Shown piece by piece: positions 1-9,379 of a stretch of DNA of 24,000 nt. Numbering within the stretch: the first letter of the stretch is position 1; each line of letters begins with the position of its first letter. The notes beneath the pieces are model-generated. The model was not told the origin of the DNA and searched no databases. It saw only the letters and a list, made by a program, of their open reading frames with translations. This DNA comes from Candidatus Hermodarchaeota archaeon (GTDB lineage Archaea; Asgardarchaeota; Hermodarchaeia; Hermodarchaeales; Hermodarchaeaceae), in the NCBI GenBank assembly GCA_016839365.1, contig JAEOUH010000039.1, positions 4,136-28,135 of the forward strand. Direction: 5' to 3'. A program made the position numbers and the translations under genes.

Positions 1-2
1 AT

Positions 3-986
3 GAGGACCGTTTCCTAATGACTGATTGTGACATCATCACAACAACTGAACGTTTCAAGGCGACATTGAAAGCCGCCAAATCTAGTGATATGGCTTTATC
101 GTTATTTGAGGTGCCAAATCCTTGGCAGTTTGGGGTTGTCGCTCTGGAAGGGACTGAAATCACAACTATTGTTGAGAAACCCAAGAAAGGAACTGAGCCA
201 AGTAATCTCGCTGTAGCAGGTGTCTACGTTTTCAACAATGCAATCTTTGACATGCTTCGAAAAACTCAGGATTTAGAAGTGGGGATTCAGAAACTTATCG
301 ACGAAGGGCATACTGTCCATGGAAGCCATTCAAAGGATCCTTGGGTTGACGTTGGACGCACCTGGAATATCCTCGAAGCTTCTCCAATCCTCTTCGACCG
401 ATTGCACCAACAGAAAGGCGATCCCGTCCATCCAACAGCAACCGTTAGTGATTCTGCACATCTCAGTGGGGACGTGTGGATAGGTCCACAAGCCCGCGTG
501 TTTCCAGGGGCAGCCTTAGTGGGACCCGTTTATATCGGTCCCAATGCCATTGTTGGCAATAACTGTCTAATTCGTGATCACGTTGTAATCGATCAAGGAG
601 CAAGAGCCGGCTTTTCCTGTGAAGTTCGAAATACCGTTATGTTACCTGAAAGTAGAATTGGTCACCTCGCCTTTGTTGGTGATAGCATCCTTGGATTTGA
701 TGTGGAGATTGGGGCGAGTGTTGTGTTGGCCAACTACCGATTCGATGGCTCAGAAGTTCAGGTAATGCTAGGCGGGCAATTAGTTTCTACGCATACAGAC
801 AAATTTGGCGCCGTCATCGGGGACGCATCGAAAATCGGATGTGGTGTCGTTGTATTGCCAGGGCGAACTATTGGGTATAACTCATGGATTGACCCCTCGA
901 TTGTTGTCCAAAGGGATGTGCCCGACAATACGCATGTTAAGCTCAAGCAAACCACAACAGAAGATCATCGCCACGCCCCTACCTAA
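3..986 (+). CDS. Sugar-1-phosphate nucleotidylyltransferase / left-handed beta-helix acyltransferase (GlmU-like, archaeal bifunctional type), 5'-truncated by window edge
   Basis: Reading frame is open to the window start (EDRFL-MTDCD...). 'VVALEGTEITTIVEKPKK' resembles the nucleotidyltransferase EKP region. The C-terminal half has hexapeptide repeats (VWIGPQARVFPGAALVGPVYIGPNAIVGNNCLI). Confidence 0.85.
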   Translation, partial: EDRFLMTDCDIITTTERFKATLKAAKSSDMALSLFEVPNPWQFGVVALEGTEITTIVEKPKKGTEPSNLAVAGVYVFNNAIFDMLRKTQDLEVGIQKLIDEGHTVHGSHSKDPWVDVGRTWNILEASPILFDRLHQQKGDPVHPTATVSDSAHLSGDVWIGPQARVFPGAALVGPVYIGPNAIVGNNCLIRDHVVIDQGARAGFSCEVRNTVMLPESRIGHLAFVGDSILGFDVEIGASVVLANYRFDGSEVQVMLGGQLVSTHTDKFGAVIGDASKIGCGVVVLPGRTIGYNSWIDPSIVVQRDVPDNTHVKLKQTTTEDHRHAPT

Positions 987-2382
987 TTTCCCGTTTTAAT
1001 GTCTCTTGGGCATTTTTGAGAAGGCCCTTCGCCCTTTGCGCTGAAAATGCTTCAACTGTAATGCGGATGACCGGCTCTGTACCAGACGGCCTGATGAGCA
1101 CCCAGCTAGAGTCATGGAAACTGGCACGAATACCATCAATTCGATTCACTTCTTCGATGTTCTTCCATTCTTCGAATACTGATTTGATTGCTTTCATCAC
1201 AGCCTCTTTTTTCTCGTTAGGACAAGTCACAGATGCCCTTAGTAGATGGGTTGATGGTAGATCATCTGCGAGTTGACTCAAGGAGCGGTTTGCCCATTCG
1301 AGGAGTTCAAGTATTTTACATGCTGCAAGTGGTCCATCGGGACAATAATGCACCTCTGGAAAGATGAACGGCCCAGAGGGTTCGGCACCCATCACGGCTT
1401 TATGTTCTTTGACTAGATTGGAAACAAAAACGTCGCCAACTCGGGATCGCTCAACCCGTGCACCGTGCTGTTTTACAACCTGATCGACGACACTCGAACT
1501 TGACACGGTAGTGGCAATGACCTTACCTCCCCGGGTAGCAAGATAGTAATCTGCAACTAATGCCAAGAGGATATCCCCTGCTAGAACTCGTCCTTTATCA
1601 TCGACTGCTAACACGCGGTCTGCGTCGCCATCATGGGCAATTCCGACATGCGCTTTGGTTGATGTGACGATTTCACTGAGATTATCAAGGTGTACGAAAT
1701 GTTGCCATTCTGCAGCTGCGGCACTTTGTATCTTTGATGGAGGGCAATGCTGTGCATATTCCTGTCCATCAGGGGGAGTATTAAGAGGTTTGACGCTAGC
1801 GTGTAGTTGCTGAAGCGCTGAGGGGGTGACTAAGCTTCCAACACCGAGTGCGCCGTCCATAACAACATTGTATGATCGGGTCACCTCGCATGCATTCACT
1901 ATAGCATCGAGGTGATGCGGAATGGCTTCAAATGAGCTGAAATCAGTGAACTGTTTCCAATCTACGGGCTCAGCTTTCATAATCCGCTTTTCGAGTTCTT
2001 CCTGTTGGATCGCTGTGAAGCCCGCCCCATCGGGATTGTGGAATTTGAAACCATTGTATTCGGGAGGATTGTGACTTGCAGTCACAATTATCGATGCGTG
2101 CATGCCCTCTTTTCCTGACGCATAGGCAATAGATGGTGTGGGTGCCATCTCGGTTCTTGTGACGGTAACTCCTCCCTCTAGTAGTCCGGCCATTAACGCT
2201 GAAGTCAACATTGGGCCAGTAGTCCGATGATCATGCCCCACCATTATCTGTGGATGCTTCACTATAGCACTTAGATAGTCTGCAGTCGCCAGACCAATTC
2301 GGATAGCCAATGGACCAGTGATTAACTCATTGACTTTTCCCCGGATACCTGAGCTTCCAAACAAGGATCGTGTTGAATACAT
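979..2382 (-). CDS. Phosphoglucosamine mutase / phosphomannomutase family (paralog 1)
   Basis: FGSSGIRG N-terminus, TASHNPPEYNG phosphoserine loop, DGDADR metal-binding loop, RPSGTEPVIR phosphate-binding loop. Confidence 0.92.
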   Translation of the reverse strand: MYSTRSLFGSSGIRGKVNELITGPLAIRIGLATADYLSAIVKHPQIMVGHDHRTTGPMLTSALMAGLLEGGVTVTRTEMAPTPSIAYASGKEGMHASIIVTASHNPPEYNGFKFHNPDGAGFTAIQQEELEKRIMKAEPVDWKQFTDFSSFEAIPHHLDAIVNACEVTRSYNVVMDGALGVGSLVTPSALQQLHASVKPLNTPPDGQEYAQHCPPSKIQSAAAAEWQHFVHLDNLSEIVTSTKAHVGIAHDGDADRVLAVDDKGRVLAGDILLALVADYYLATRGGKVIATTVSSSSVVDQVVKQHGARVERSRVGDVFVSNLVKEHKAVMGAEPSGPFIFPEVHYCPDGPLAACKILELLEWANRSLSQLADDLPSTHLLRASVTCPNEKKEAVMKAIKSVFEEWKNIEEVNRIDGIRASFHDSSWVLIRPSGTEPVIRITVEAFSAQRAKGLLKNAQETLKREIR

Positions 2383-2409
2383 GATAATTCTCCATTTAAT
2401 GTTGCTTTA

Positions 2410-3789
2410 TTATGAAGCAGCAGATTTGAGTACATCTTCAATCCAATCAAGCCCTAGTGTAAGGAGTTCCTGAGCTCGTTTTTCCTGACGCGATTCCGCA
2501 AAGCACCGAAAGACCGGTTCTGTACCGGATGGACGGAGAAGCAACCAGCCATCATCGAAAATGACTTTGACTCCATCTGCGGTATTGACTTGTACATTGG
2601 GATAATCTTTTCTCACCATTTCTAGAGCATACAAGGTAACAGCTTCTTTGAGATTATTAGGGCAATCAATTGCGCGTTTTAATTGGGTGTACTTGGGGAA
2701 TGCATCAATAATCTCACTTAGCGTCTTTTCGGTACGTGCCAAATACTCCAACAAATAAGCGGTACCAAGACCACTATCCGAAAGGTAGTTGAGACGAGGG
2801 TAGATTATTTTACCAGATTCTTCAAAAGCAAACAGTGCGTTGTGCTTTTTGATGGCAGCCACTATCGCTGGTGGTCCAACGCGGCTATACACGATGCGCG
2901 CTTTAAATTGCCCAACGACATCTTCAACTAGGTTACTAGAATTGATTGGTGTGACGATGGTGCCTCCCCCCTCACGGATTAGCTCAATCTGAGCCAGCAG
3001 GGTGCCTGAAACATCACCCATGATTGCCCGTCCTTTATCGTCGACAAAGAACGCACGGTCAGCATCACCATCAACAGCGACACCCAGATCTGCCCTTTGT
3101 TGTTTTACCAACTGAACCGCTTGATCCAAGAGGTTAACTCGTAAATTAGGAGATCGACCAGGAAACGTAGGATCCCGTTCGGTGTTAAGCTCGATAACTG
3201 TACAACCCAGTTGTTTGATGGCATCTAGCAGCCAGGGGATAGCTGTGCCATTTGCAGCATCAACAACTACACGAAAATTTCGTTTGGCAATAAGACCTGC
3301 ATCCACTTGTGTTACGACCTTGTTTATCCAAAAGGAACCTACATCAGAAGCTTGTCGGAGGCGTCCATAATTCTGCCAATTCACAGGTGCGGCTTTTGAA
3401 ATATTGAGCGCTTCGATTTGTTTTTCAACATCACGTGGGACTGGGGCACCATCATGGTCGAGTACTTCAATCCCAGACATATGAGCGGGGATATGGCTGC
3501 CAGTGATTAAGATTGCCCCTCCCAAATCGCAATGGCGGGGATACAAGCTTACAGCTGGTGTGATGACTTCGCCTCCATAATGAGCGTCAGAGCCTCCTGC
3601 CATTAATCCACTAACGACAGCGTTTGTCAGCATTGGGCTGCTTGTACGGTTATCGTGGCATACTAAAAGAGGTGCACCCTTGAAAACCGTGGCGACACTA
3701 TAGCCGATTTGCCAAGCAACCTCTGGATGCAGTTCATCGGGGACAGAGCCACGAATACCACTAGTGCCAAAGCAGGGCGTCCATGTCAT
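2410..3789 (-). CDS. Phosphoglucosamine mutase / phosphomannomutase family (paralog 2, divergent phosphoserine loop)
   Basis: FGTSGIRG, TGSHIPAHMSG (divergent loop with Ser-His retained), DGDADR, RPSGTEPVFR. Confidence 0.9.
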   Translation of the reverse strand: MTWTPCFGTSGIRGSVPDELHPEVAWQIGYSVATVFKGAPLLVCHDNRTSSPMLTNAVVSGLMAGGSDAHYGGEVITPAVSLYPRHCDLGGAILITGSHIPAHMSGIEVLDHDGAPVPRDVEKQIEALNISKAAPVNWQNYGRLRQASDVGSFWINKVVTQVDAGLIAKRNFRVVVDAANGTAIPWLLDAIKQLGCTVIELNTERDPTFPGRSPNLRVNLLDQAVQLVKQQRADLGVAVDGDADRAFFVDDKGRAIMGDVSGTLLAQIELIREGGGTIVTPINSSNLVEDVVGQFKARIVYSRVGPPAIVAAIKKHNALFAFEESGKIIYPRLNYLSDSGLGTAYLLEYLARTEKTLSEIIDAFPKYTQLKRAIDCPNNLKEAVTLYALEMVRKDYPNVQVNTADGVKVIFDDGWLLLRPSGTEPVFRCFAESRQEKRAQELLTLGLDWIEDVLKSAAS

Positions 3790-3921
3790 TATGAAACCTC
3801 ATTCAAGAGCTGCGTCTTACATCATATCGCTATGCTTAAAAAGCCCTTTTTATAGCGTGGTTTTTTCTACAATGCACAAAGCAAAGAAGTTAAATTCGCA
3901 GACTACTCTAAGCTTGTTAGG

Positions 3922-4632
3922 ATGCGGGTCGTTAAGTCTGCAGATTCCCTCGGGAATCCTCAATCAATGGATGAAGACCATCTTGCTGCGGTCATCCGTG
4001 AGTTCGGACGCTCAATGCGTGAGGTCACCGGAGGTCTGGATGATGCTATGAATCGGTGGGAATCAGCCCACCGCGGTTCACTTCGACCCATTCGAGTCAT
4101 CCTTGGCTCATTATCTAAAATTAATTACCTTCGTAATATTGAGGATCTTGGAAAACTTACTTCTTTTGAGGGTATCGTCGATAGAGCTATCACAAAGAAC
4201 ATGGGACTCCTCGATAAAGTGCTCCCCAAGTTGTTAGCCCTAGCGTCCGATTTTGAAAGTTCGATCAGAAAAATGCGGCTAATGGAAAAACGAGTCTCCG
4301 AATTGCAACGTCGTGGAGGCAATCTACTTAGTTCTGAGGGAAGCAACGAACCACGGATTTATCAATTGGTTGAAAACGTCGACGCCCTTAGCCGGAAGCT
4401 TCGTGAAATAGTGTGCATGTACGAGGATGAATACCTATTTCGATTGAAAACAATCCGGAATATCGAAGAGCTGTTGGATCCAAAGGAGCTCTATACCGGA
4501 CTGCTCTTATGGACCATGGAGCCATACCTGGAGGCGGATCGTATCGAAGTGATCCGTAAAGAAATCGGAACTCACATTGAAGAGACTCGATCACTTGTGT
4601 CCCGCCAAAACATTTCCCCGAATATGTTTTAG
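3922..4632 (+). CDS. Hypothetical helical protein; likely start is the internal ATG near 3967 (MDEDHLAAVIREFG...)
   Basis: 236-aa ORF in a gap between two gene blocks, helical and charged composition. No family recognised. Confidence 0.6.
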   Translation: MRVVKSADSLGNPQSMDEDHLAAVIREFGRSMREVTGGLDDAMNRWESAHRGSLRPIRVILGSLSKINYLRNIEDLGKLTSFEGIVDRAITKNMGLLDKVLPKLLALASDFESSIRKMRLMEKRVSELQRRGGNLLSSEGSNEPRIYQLVENVDALSRKLREIVCMYEDEYLFRLKTIRNIEELLDPKELYTGLLLWTMEPYLEADRIEVIRKEIGTHIEETRSLVSRQNISPNMF

Positions 4633-4710
4633 TTGGATATCGCGGGACTGAACTAGCCCACAGATTAATACCTTCGCAGGTAGGTTTGATGATTACAAGA
4701 GGAGACTCCG

Positions 4711-6090
4711 TTGACCCGATTGTTTGGGACGCAAGGGTTCCGAGGCATTGTCAATAGAGAACTCACGGCATCAGTGGCATATGATGTGGGCCGTGCATTA
4801 GCTGATTATCTTGAAGGACCGAAGACCATTGGTCTAGGATGGGATTCCCGCCAATCCAGTGAAATGCTTGGATTTGCCTTTAGTGCGGGCTTGATGACTG
4901 GAGGTTGTAACGTTCATATTCTGGGTCTGGTTCCCACGCCTCTGTTATCTTATGCTATTCCTCAACTCAAATTGGATGGGGGAGTAATGATTACAGCAAG
5001 TCATAACCCACCGGAATACAATGGCATTAAATTGTGGGGTCCAGATGGCGCATCTTTTACAATGGAAATGGGACGGGCAGTTGAGGACTGTTATTTTGTT
5101 GAAGACAGACCTTTACCTGAATGGCAGGCTTGTGGGCGTCTCGTTCCCTCTGAGGATTTCAGGTTGCAGTATATCGAAGCCCTGCTCGAGCAGGTTAATG
5201 GACAACGTCTCATGAAACGACAGTTCCAAGTTGCTGCTGATTGTGGTGGAGGCGCCGCGGCTATGGTTGTTCCGGCCCTGTTGAATGCAATAGAGGTACG
5301 GACCAAGCTTCTTTACTGCGAACCTGATGGTCTCTTTTCTAACCGGTTACCAGAACCTAAAGAGGCTAATCTCCAAAAATTAATTCAGACCGTTAAAAAG
5401 AATGAACTCGATGTAGGGATGGCCTGGGATGGTGACGCCGATCGAATTATCCTAATCACAAATCAAGGGCGATACCTTATGGGTGATCGTGTCTTCGCAC
5501 TCGCAGCATATCATTCGCTTCGAGACCTCCAAGAGAAGCCAAAGCGTATCGTTACACAAGTGGCGACCAGCGATGTCATCCACGAAGTTGCGCTCCTTGT
5601 TGATGCAGAGATAATCGAAACGCGGGTCGGTGAACCCTTCATAGTCCAGGCAATGAAATCTAAGAATGCGGTGATTGGTGGTGAAGAAAATGGGGGAGTT
5701 ATCTACCGCGGATGGTCTTGGACCCGAGAAGGGATGCTTACGGCATTGAAGATTCTTGAACTCATGGAATTAGAAGACAAATCTCTAGAAGAGCTAGATA
5801 GCCAATTTTCCACCTATCATCAGGTTAAAGAGAGTGTTCACTGCGACCTTCAAGAGAAGGATACACTCCTTGAGCTCATTAAAGAATATGCTCCCTCTGA
5901 GGTTGAGTGCAGCACCATCGATGGAATCAAAGTTCGATACTCTGATGGGTGGGTTCTTCTCCGCCCCTCTGGAACCGAACCCATCTTTCGCGTCTTTGCA
6001 GAGGCAAAAACTGAAACCCGAGCAAAAACATTAGTCAATCAAGGGCTCCAAATCGTATCTGATGCTCTTGGAGATATGAAAACAAATTAA
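4711..6090 (+). CDS. Phosphoglucosamine mutase / phosphomannomutase family (paralog 3)
   Basis: TTG start preceded by 'ggag' at 4701. FGTQGFRG, TASHNPPEYNGIKLWG, DGDADR, GEENGG sugar-binding loop, RPSGTEPIFR. Confidence 0.93.
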   Translation: MTRLFGTQGFRGIVNRELTASVAYDVGRALADYLEGPKTIGLGWDSRQSSEMLGFAFSAGLMTGGCNVHILGLVPTPLLSYAIPQLKLDGGVMITASHNPPEYNGIKLWGPDGASFTMEMGRAVEDCYFVEDRPLPEWQACGRLVPSEDFRLQYIEALLEQVNGQRLMKRQFQVAADCGGGAAAMVVPALLNAIEVRTKLLYCEPDGLFSNRLPEPKEANLQKLIQTVKKNELDVGMAWDGDADRIILITNQGRYLMGDRVFALAAYHSLRDLQEKPKRIVTQVATSDVIHEVALLVDAEIIETRVGEPFIVQAMKSKNAVIGGEENGGVIYRGWSWTREGMLTALKILELMELEDKSLEELDSQFSTYHQVKESVHCDLQEKDTLLELIKEYAPSEVECSTIDGIKVRYSDGWVLLRPSGTEPIFRVFAEAKTETRAKTLVNQGLQIVSDALGDMKTN

Positions 6091-6107
6091 TAATATGGTG
6101 AAATGCG

Positions 6108-6530
6108 TTGCGTTTGTTGATTTTTCATGGGAATATAGCCTACAAGCCTACTGAAGCAGTAAGGATCAGTATTCGTGATGAAGCCAAGGAGGATACCTGG
6201 CAAGAATTCGAAAACTGCTTAACTGTTTTTTGTGCCGTAGAAGCTTCTGATGAAGGGCGGTTATCCGAAATTGTGCAAAAGGCGACAGAAGAAATTCAGT
6301 TGGTGGCTAACAGAGTCAAGGTTGGGAACATTGTGTTATATCCACATGCACACATCTTTCCCCGGAAACTCGCCAAACCCAAGTTCGCTGTTAGGATATT
6401 GCAGAATTTACTGAAGGCCTTAGAAGATCAAGGCTTCGTGGTGCACCAAAGCCCATTCGGTTGGTACAAAGCCTTTAAGCTCGAATGCTATGGCCACCCC
6501 CTAGCTGAAAGCGGAAGAAGTATAGATTAG
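6108..6530 (+). CDS. Standalone archaeal threonyl-tRNA synthetase editing-domain protein (D-aminoacyl-tRNA deacylase-like fold)
   Basis: NIVLYPHAHIFPRKLAKPKFAVRIL...LEDQGFVVHQSPFGWYKAFKLECYGHPLAESGRSI resembles the N-terminal editing domain of archaeal ThrRS. The ORF ends with TAG right after this domain and no catalytic domain follows. Confidence 0.85.
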   Translation: MRLLIFHGNIAYKPTEAVRISIRDEAKEDTWQEFENCLTVFCAVEASDEGRLSEIVQKATEEIQLVANRVKVGNIVLYPHAHIFPRKLAKPKFAVRILQNLLKALEDQGFVVHQSPFGWYKAFKLECYGHPLAESGRSID

Positions 6531-6624
6531 ATGCGTGTGAGAGCACAAAGTTTTTCAATCAAGGACACATGCTCCACTCAGGCGGTCATGGAATCAGCTT
6601 AAAGGAAGGCTGATTACACCCGCT

Positions 6625-6924
6625 GTGAATCTTCGAGATGATCATATATTGCCATCTAAACGGAAAAGTGGCGGTCGCAGCAAAGGTGCGACTGGCCGTG
6701 GAGCCACAGTTCAGTGTACTAAATGCGGAAAAATAGTCCCTCGGGATAAAGCGAAAAAAAGAACATCACGTACTTCTTTTGTCGACCCACAGATGGCGCG
6801 CGAACTACGACGTACAGGCACCTTTATTCCTGCGCGACAGACCACTAAGTGGTACTGTATCAGTTGCGCCGTGCATAGTGGAGTTGTAACCATCCGGAGT
6901 CGCAAAGACCGAAAAGGAAGGTAA
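6625..6924 (+). CDS. rps26e: Ribosomal protein S26e (eS26)
   Basis: Basic N-terminus, CTKCGKIVPRDKA zinc knuckle, YCISCAVHSGVVTIRSRKDRKGR C-terminal signature. Confidence 0.93.
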   Translation: MNLRDDHILPSKRKSGGRSKGATGRGATVQCTKCGKIVPRDKAKKRTSRTSFVDPQMARELRRTGTFIPARQTTKWYCISCAVHSGVVTIRSRKDRKGR

Positions 6925-6980
6925 CCGGCACAAAACAGGTTCTCCATACAGCAGAGGGCTAGTCACTGGAGGGGCAGAAT

Positions 6981-7595
6981 TTGGACCTGAACATCATTGT
7001 AGACGCACCACGGGTACGCACCTCAGACGATTTTCTGATACGGGATGTTCCAGGAACAAGTGGACGACTGGATGTTATTTGCCGCATTCTCGTATCTGCG
7101 TATCGAACAGTTCCAGAGCTCTCACCCACCATTCAAGTTGACGCTATTTTTGAAGGGCCTCCCAACCCACCACTTCGACTCCAAGTCACCAATGTAAACC
7201 CAAGAGATTTCCCTGAGAGTGAACTTGAATGTGCACTCATTTTGAAAGGCCTACTTTATCGGTATCGATCCCAATCTGTTTCACAGGATCCACATTGGCC
7301 CCAATTTACAATCACACCTCAAGACTTTGAGCAAACCCTTGAGGATGTGATCCAGGATAGAAACCAAATCCTCTATTTGGTTGAAACCGGTCAACCACTA
7401 GAGCAAGTAAAGCTAGGGTTGGATGAGCCGATTGTTGTGATTTTGGGCGATGACCAGGGGCTTTCCTCAGCGCATGAAAAAAAGGTCAGAACGAAGGCAG
7501 TCCAAGAAATCAGCATTGGAACGAGAAGCCTTTTGGGAAGCCAAGTGATTAGTTTATTTCTACTCGAACTATTCCGACGAAAAGAAACACAATGA
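6981..7595 (+). CDS. trmY: tRNA (pseudouridine54-N1)-methyltransferase, TrmY/DUF358 SPOUT family
   Basis: FLIRDVPGTSGRLDVICRILVSA and DEPIVVILGDDQGLSSAHEK...SIGTRSLLGSQVISLFLLEL resemble TrmY. TTG start with upstream 'ggagggg'. Confidence 0.85.
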   Translation: MDLNIIVDAPRVRTSDDFLIRDVPGTSGRLDVICRILVSAYRTVPELSPTIQVDAIFEGPPNPPLRLQVTNVNPRDFPESELECALILKGLLYRYRSQSVSQDPHWPQFTITPQDFEQTLEDVIQDRNQILYLVETGQPLEQVKLGLDEPIVVILGDDQGLSSAHEKKVRTKAVQEISIGTRSLLGSQVISLFLLELFRRKETQ

Positions 7596-7605
7596 AACTA
7601 TAGAC

Positions 7606-7995
7606 GTGGACCGCATGACTGATAATTCCGAGTTTGTTCATGCTCTGGACAAGTATTCGAAACATCAGACGAAAGCTATGCGACGGTTAGTGTCTCGGAC
7701 GACCAAAGACAATCTTTGGCTGTATGTCCTGACTCTATTGGAAGAGAGGGATTACTTCGGATACGAAGTGCAAGGAAGTGTTAAAGAGCGATTTGGAGTG
7801 GACATGGCTTCAGTGACAGCCTATGTGCTCTTACATAAACTCCAACGTGATGGAATAGTAGAACTCAGTGAAGAACGAAAAGAAGGTCGTCGACCACCTC
7901 GAAAATATTATCGGATTACCGACTTGGGCCGAGAAACCCTCAAGCAGGCTAGGCTGTTTCTCGATTTGTTGGCTCAGACTCTGACTCCATCTTAG
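7606..7995 (+). CDS. PadR-family winged-helix transcriptional regulator
   Basis: LWLYVLTLLEERDYFGYEVQGSVKERFG...SVTAYVLLHKLQRDGIVEL...GRRPPRKYYRITDLGRETL is the typical PadR HTH-wing layout. Confidence 0.85.
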   Translation: MDRMTDNSEFVHALDKYSKHQTKAMRRLVSRTTKDNLWLYVLTLLEERDYFGYEVQGSVKERFGVDMASVTAYVLLHKLQRDGIVELSEERKEGRRPPRKYYRITDLGRETLKQARLFLDLLAQTLTPS

Positions 7996-8626
7996 AAAGT
8001 GCACGGTAGGCATATATCGTGCGTTGAATCACTGTGACATGGGCAAGGATGGCAACAAGCACAACGCCATAAGCTATCCAGTTGTCGAGACCGAAGAAAA
8101 GCGGTGGAATAAAGAGGACGCCAATTACGGTAAGATACTGTAAGAGGGTCACGACCATTAGAATGATTAGGCGTTCAGGGCGTTCTGCAATTCCTATACC
8201 TAACTGGGTAATCCCTGCGGCTTCCGCGCGGGCTCGAACATAGCTGACAAGCAGGCTCCCCACAATGGCAATGATACCCCAAAGGGTGGAGACCCAGCCA
8301 CCAAGGATTATTCCAAAGAGAACGATGGCATCGCTATAGCGATCGCAGATGCTGTCTAGCACTCCGCCAAAAGCTGAGATCTTCCCCATCTCTCGAGCCA
8401 CGGCACCATCAAGGGCATCCACAAAGCCTGAAAGCAATAAAAGTAGAAGCGCTAGCGCCAGTTGCTGTTGAATATACATCAATGCGGCAAAGGTGGCAAC
8501 GACTGGCCCTAAGAGAGTGAGCGCATTGGGTGGGACGCGTGACCTGGCGATGACACGTGCAACTGGTGAAAAAGCACGTTTGAATTGTTCTTTGATACGT
8601 CCGACGACCACTGTGACCACTCTCAA
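7949..8626 (-). CDS. CDP-alcohol phosphatidyltransferase family (archaetidylinositol-phosphate-synthase-like)
   Basis: Motif DALDGAVAREMGKISAFGGVLDSICDRYSD matches the family D-x2-DG-x2-AR-x8-G-x3-D-x3-D pattern. Several hydrophobic segments. Confidence 0.85.
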   Translation of the reverse strand: MRVVTVVVGRIKEQFKRAFSPVARVIARSRVPPNALTLLGPVVATFAALMYIQQQLALALLLLLLSGFVDALDGAVAREMGKISAFGGVLDSICDRYSDAIVLFGIILGGWVSTLWGIIAIVGSLLVSYVRARAEAAGITQLGIGIAERPERLIILMVVTLLQYLTVIGVLFIPPLFFGLDNWIAYGVVLVAILAHVTVIQRTIYAYRALSKMESESEPTNRETA

Positions 8627-8701
8627 GTTTGATTACATTCCTGTGGAGCTGTGCCTATTAAGTTTCTTCGCATCGTTGGATAACTCGAAAGACTGAAAAG
8701 C

Positions 8702-9379
8702 GTGTTTTCCGCAGATAAGGTATTAGAAGTATTGGATCTCCATTTTTTTCTGGGAGCCCGTGACATCGTTATGCAAGAGGAACTTCAAGAAGTCGAATAT
8801 CAACCCATCCCAGTTCGTGACTTACTTGTGGAAATGAAAGACCTCAGTGAGTTAATGATTGACCTGGCTTACTCGGCAGTTATGTTCAATGACCGGGATT
8901 TAGCTGAAGAAGTCATGGATATGGAAGAACGCGTCGATTACCTCAGCTATTTACTACTCATGAATGCATCTTTGGCTGTTCGTGATAAAAGAGACGCTGA
9001 ACAAATCGTCAGTATAATGAAAACAGCTTCATCTGCGAATAAAATCAGTGATGCCGCCGCAGACATCGCGGGACTTGTCCTGCATGATATTGGCATACCC
9101 GGGATACTATGGCTCGCCATGAGTCAAGCTGAAGAAATTGTTGGACGAGCAACTATTCTGAAAAAATCGATGCTCGTGGAGAAGAGTCTAGCTGATATCA
9201 ATCTCGAAGAGGAAATTGGTGCAGATATCATCGCGATTCAACGAAAAAGAAAATGGACCATCAACCCACCTGAGATCTTTGAATTACAAAAAGGTGATCG
9301 AGTCATCGCTCGGGGTTCAGCTGATAGTATAATGAAATTACAGAGGTTAGCCGCTGGTGAGCTTGAAAAGATTGCTTAA
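8702..9379 (+). CDS. PhoU-like / TrkA_C (RCK_C)-domain protein, copy 1
   Basis: PhoU-like helical repeats with paired acidic segments, and a C-terminal 'EEIGADIIAIQRKRKWTINPPEIFELQKGDRVIARGSADSIMKLQRLA' typical of TrkA_C. Confidence 0.8.
   Translation: MFSADKVLEVLDLHFFLGARDIVMQEELQEVEYQPIPVRDLLVEMKDLSELMIDLAYSAVMFNDRDLAEEVMDMEERVDYLSYLLLMNASLAVRDKRDAEQIVSIMKTASSANKISDAAADIAGLVLHDIGIPGILWLAMSQAEEIVGRATILKKSMLVEKSLADINLEEEIGADIIAIQRKRKWTINPPEIFELQKGDRVIARGSADSIMKLQRLAAGELEKIA

Noticed and set aside
758-955. Antisense ORFs inside the GlmU-like gene (also 805..999)
   Set aside because: Shadow ORFs over a well-supported coding sequence, with no recognisable protein features.
3922-4632. Considered whether the helical hypothetical protein is a third ESCRT-III-like subunit
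   Set aside because: It lacks the basic helix-1/2 hairpin and acidic C-terminal tail pattern, and no terminal MIM-like helix is present.
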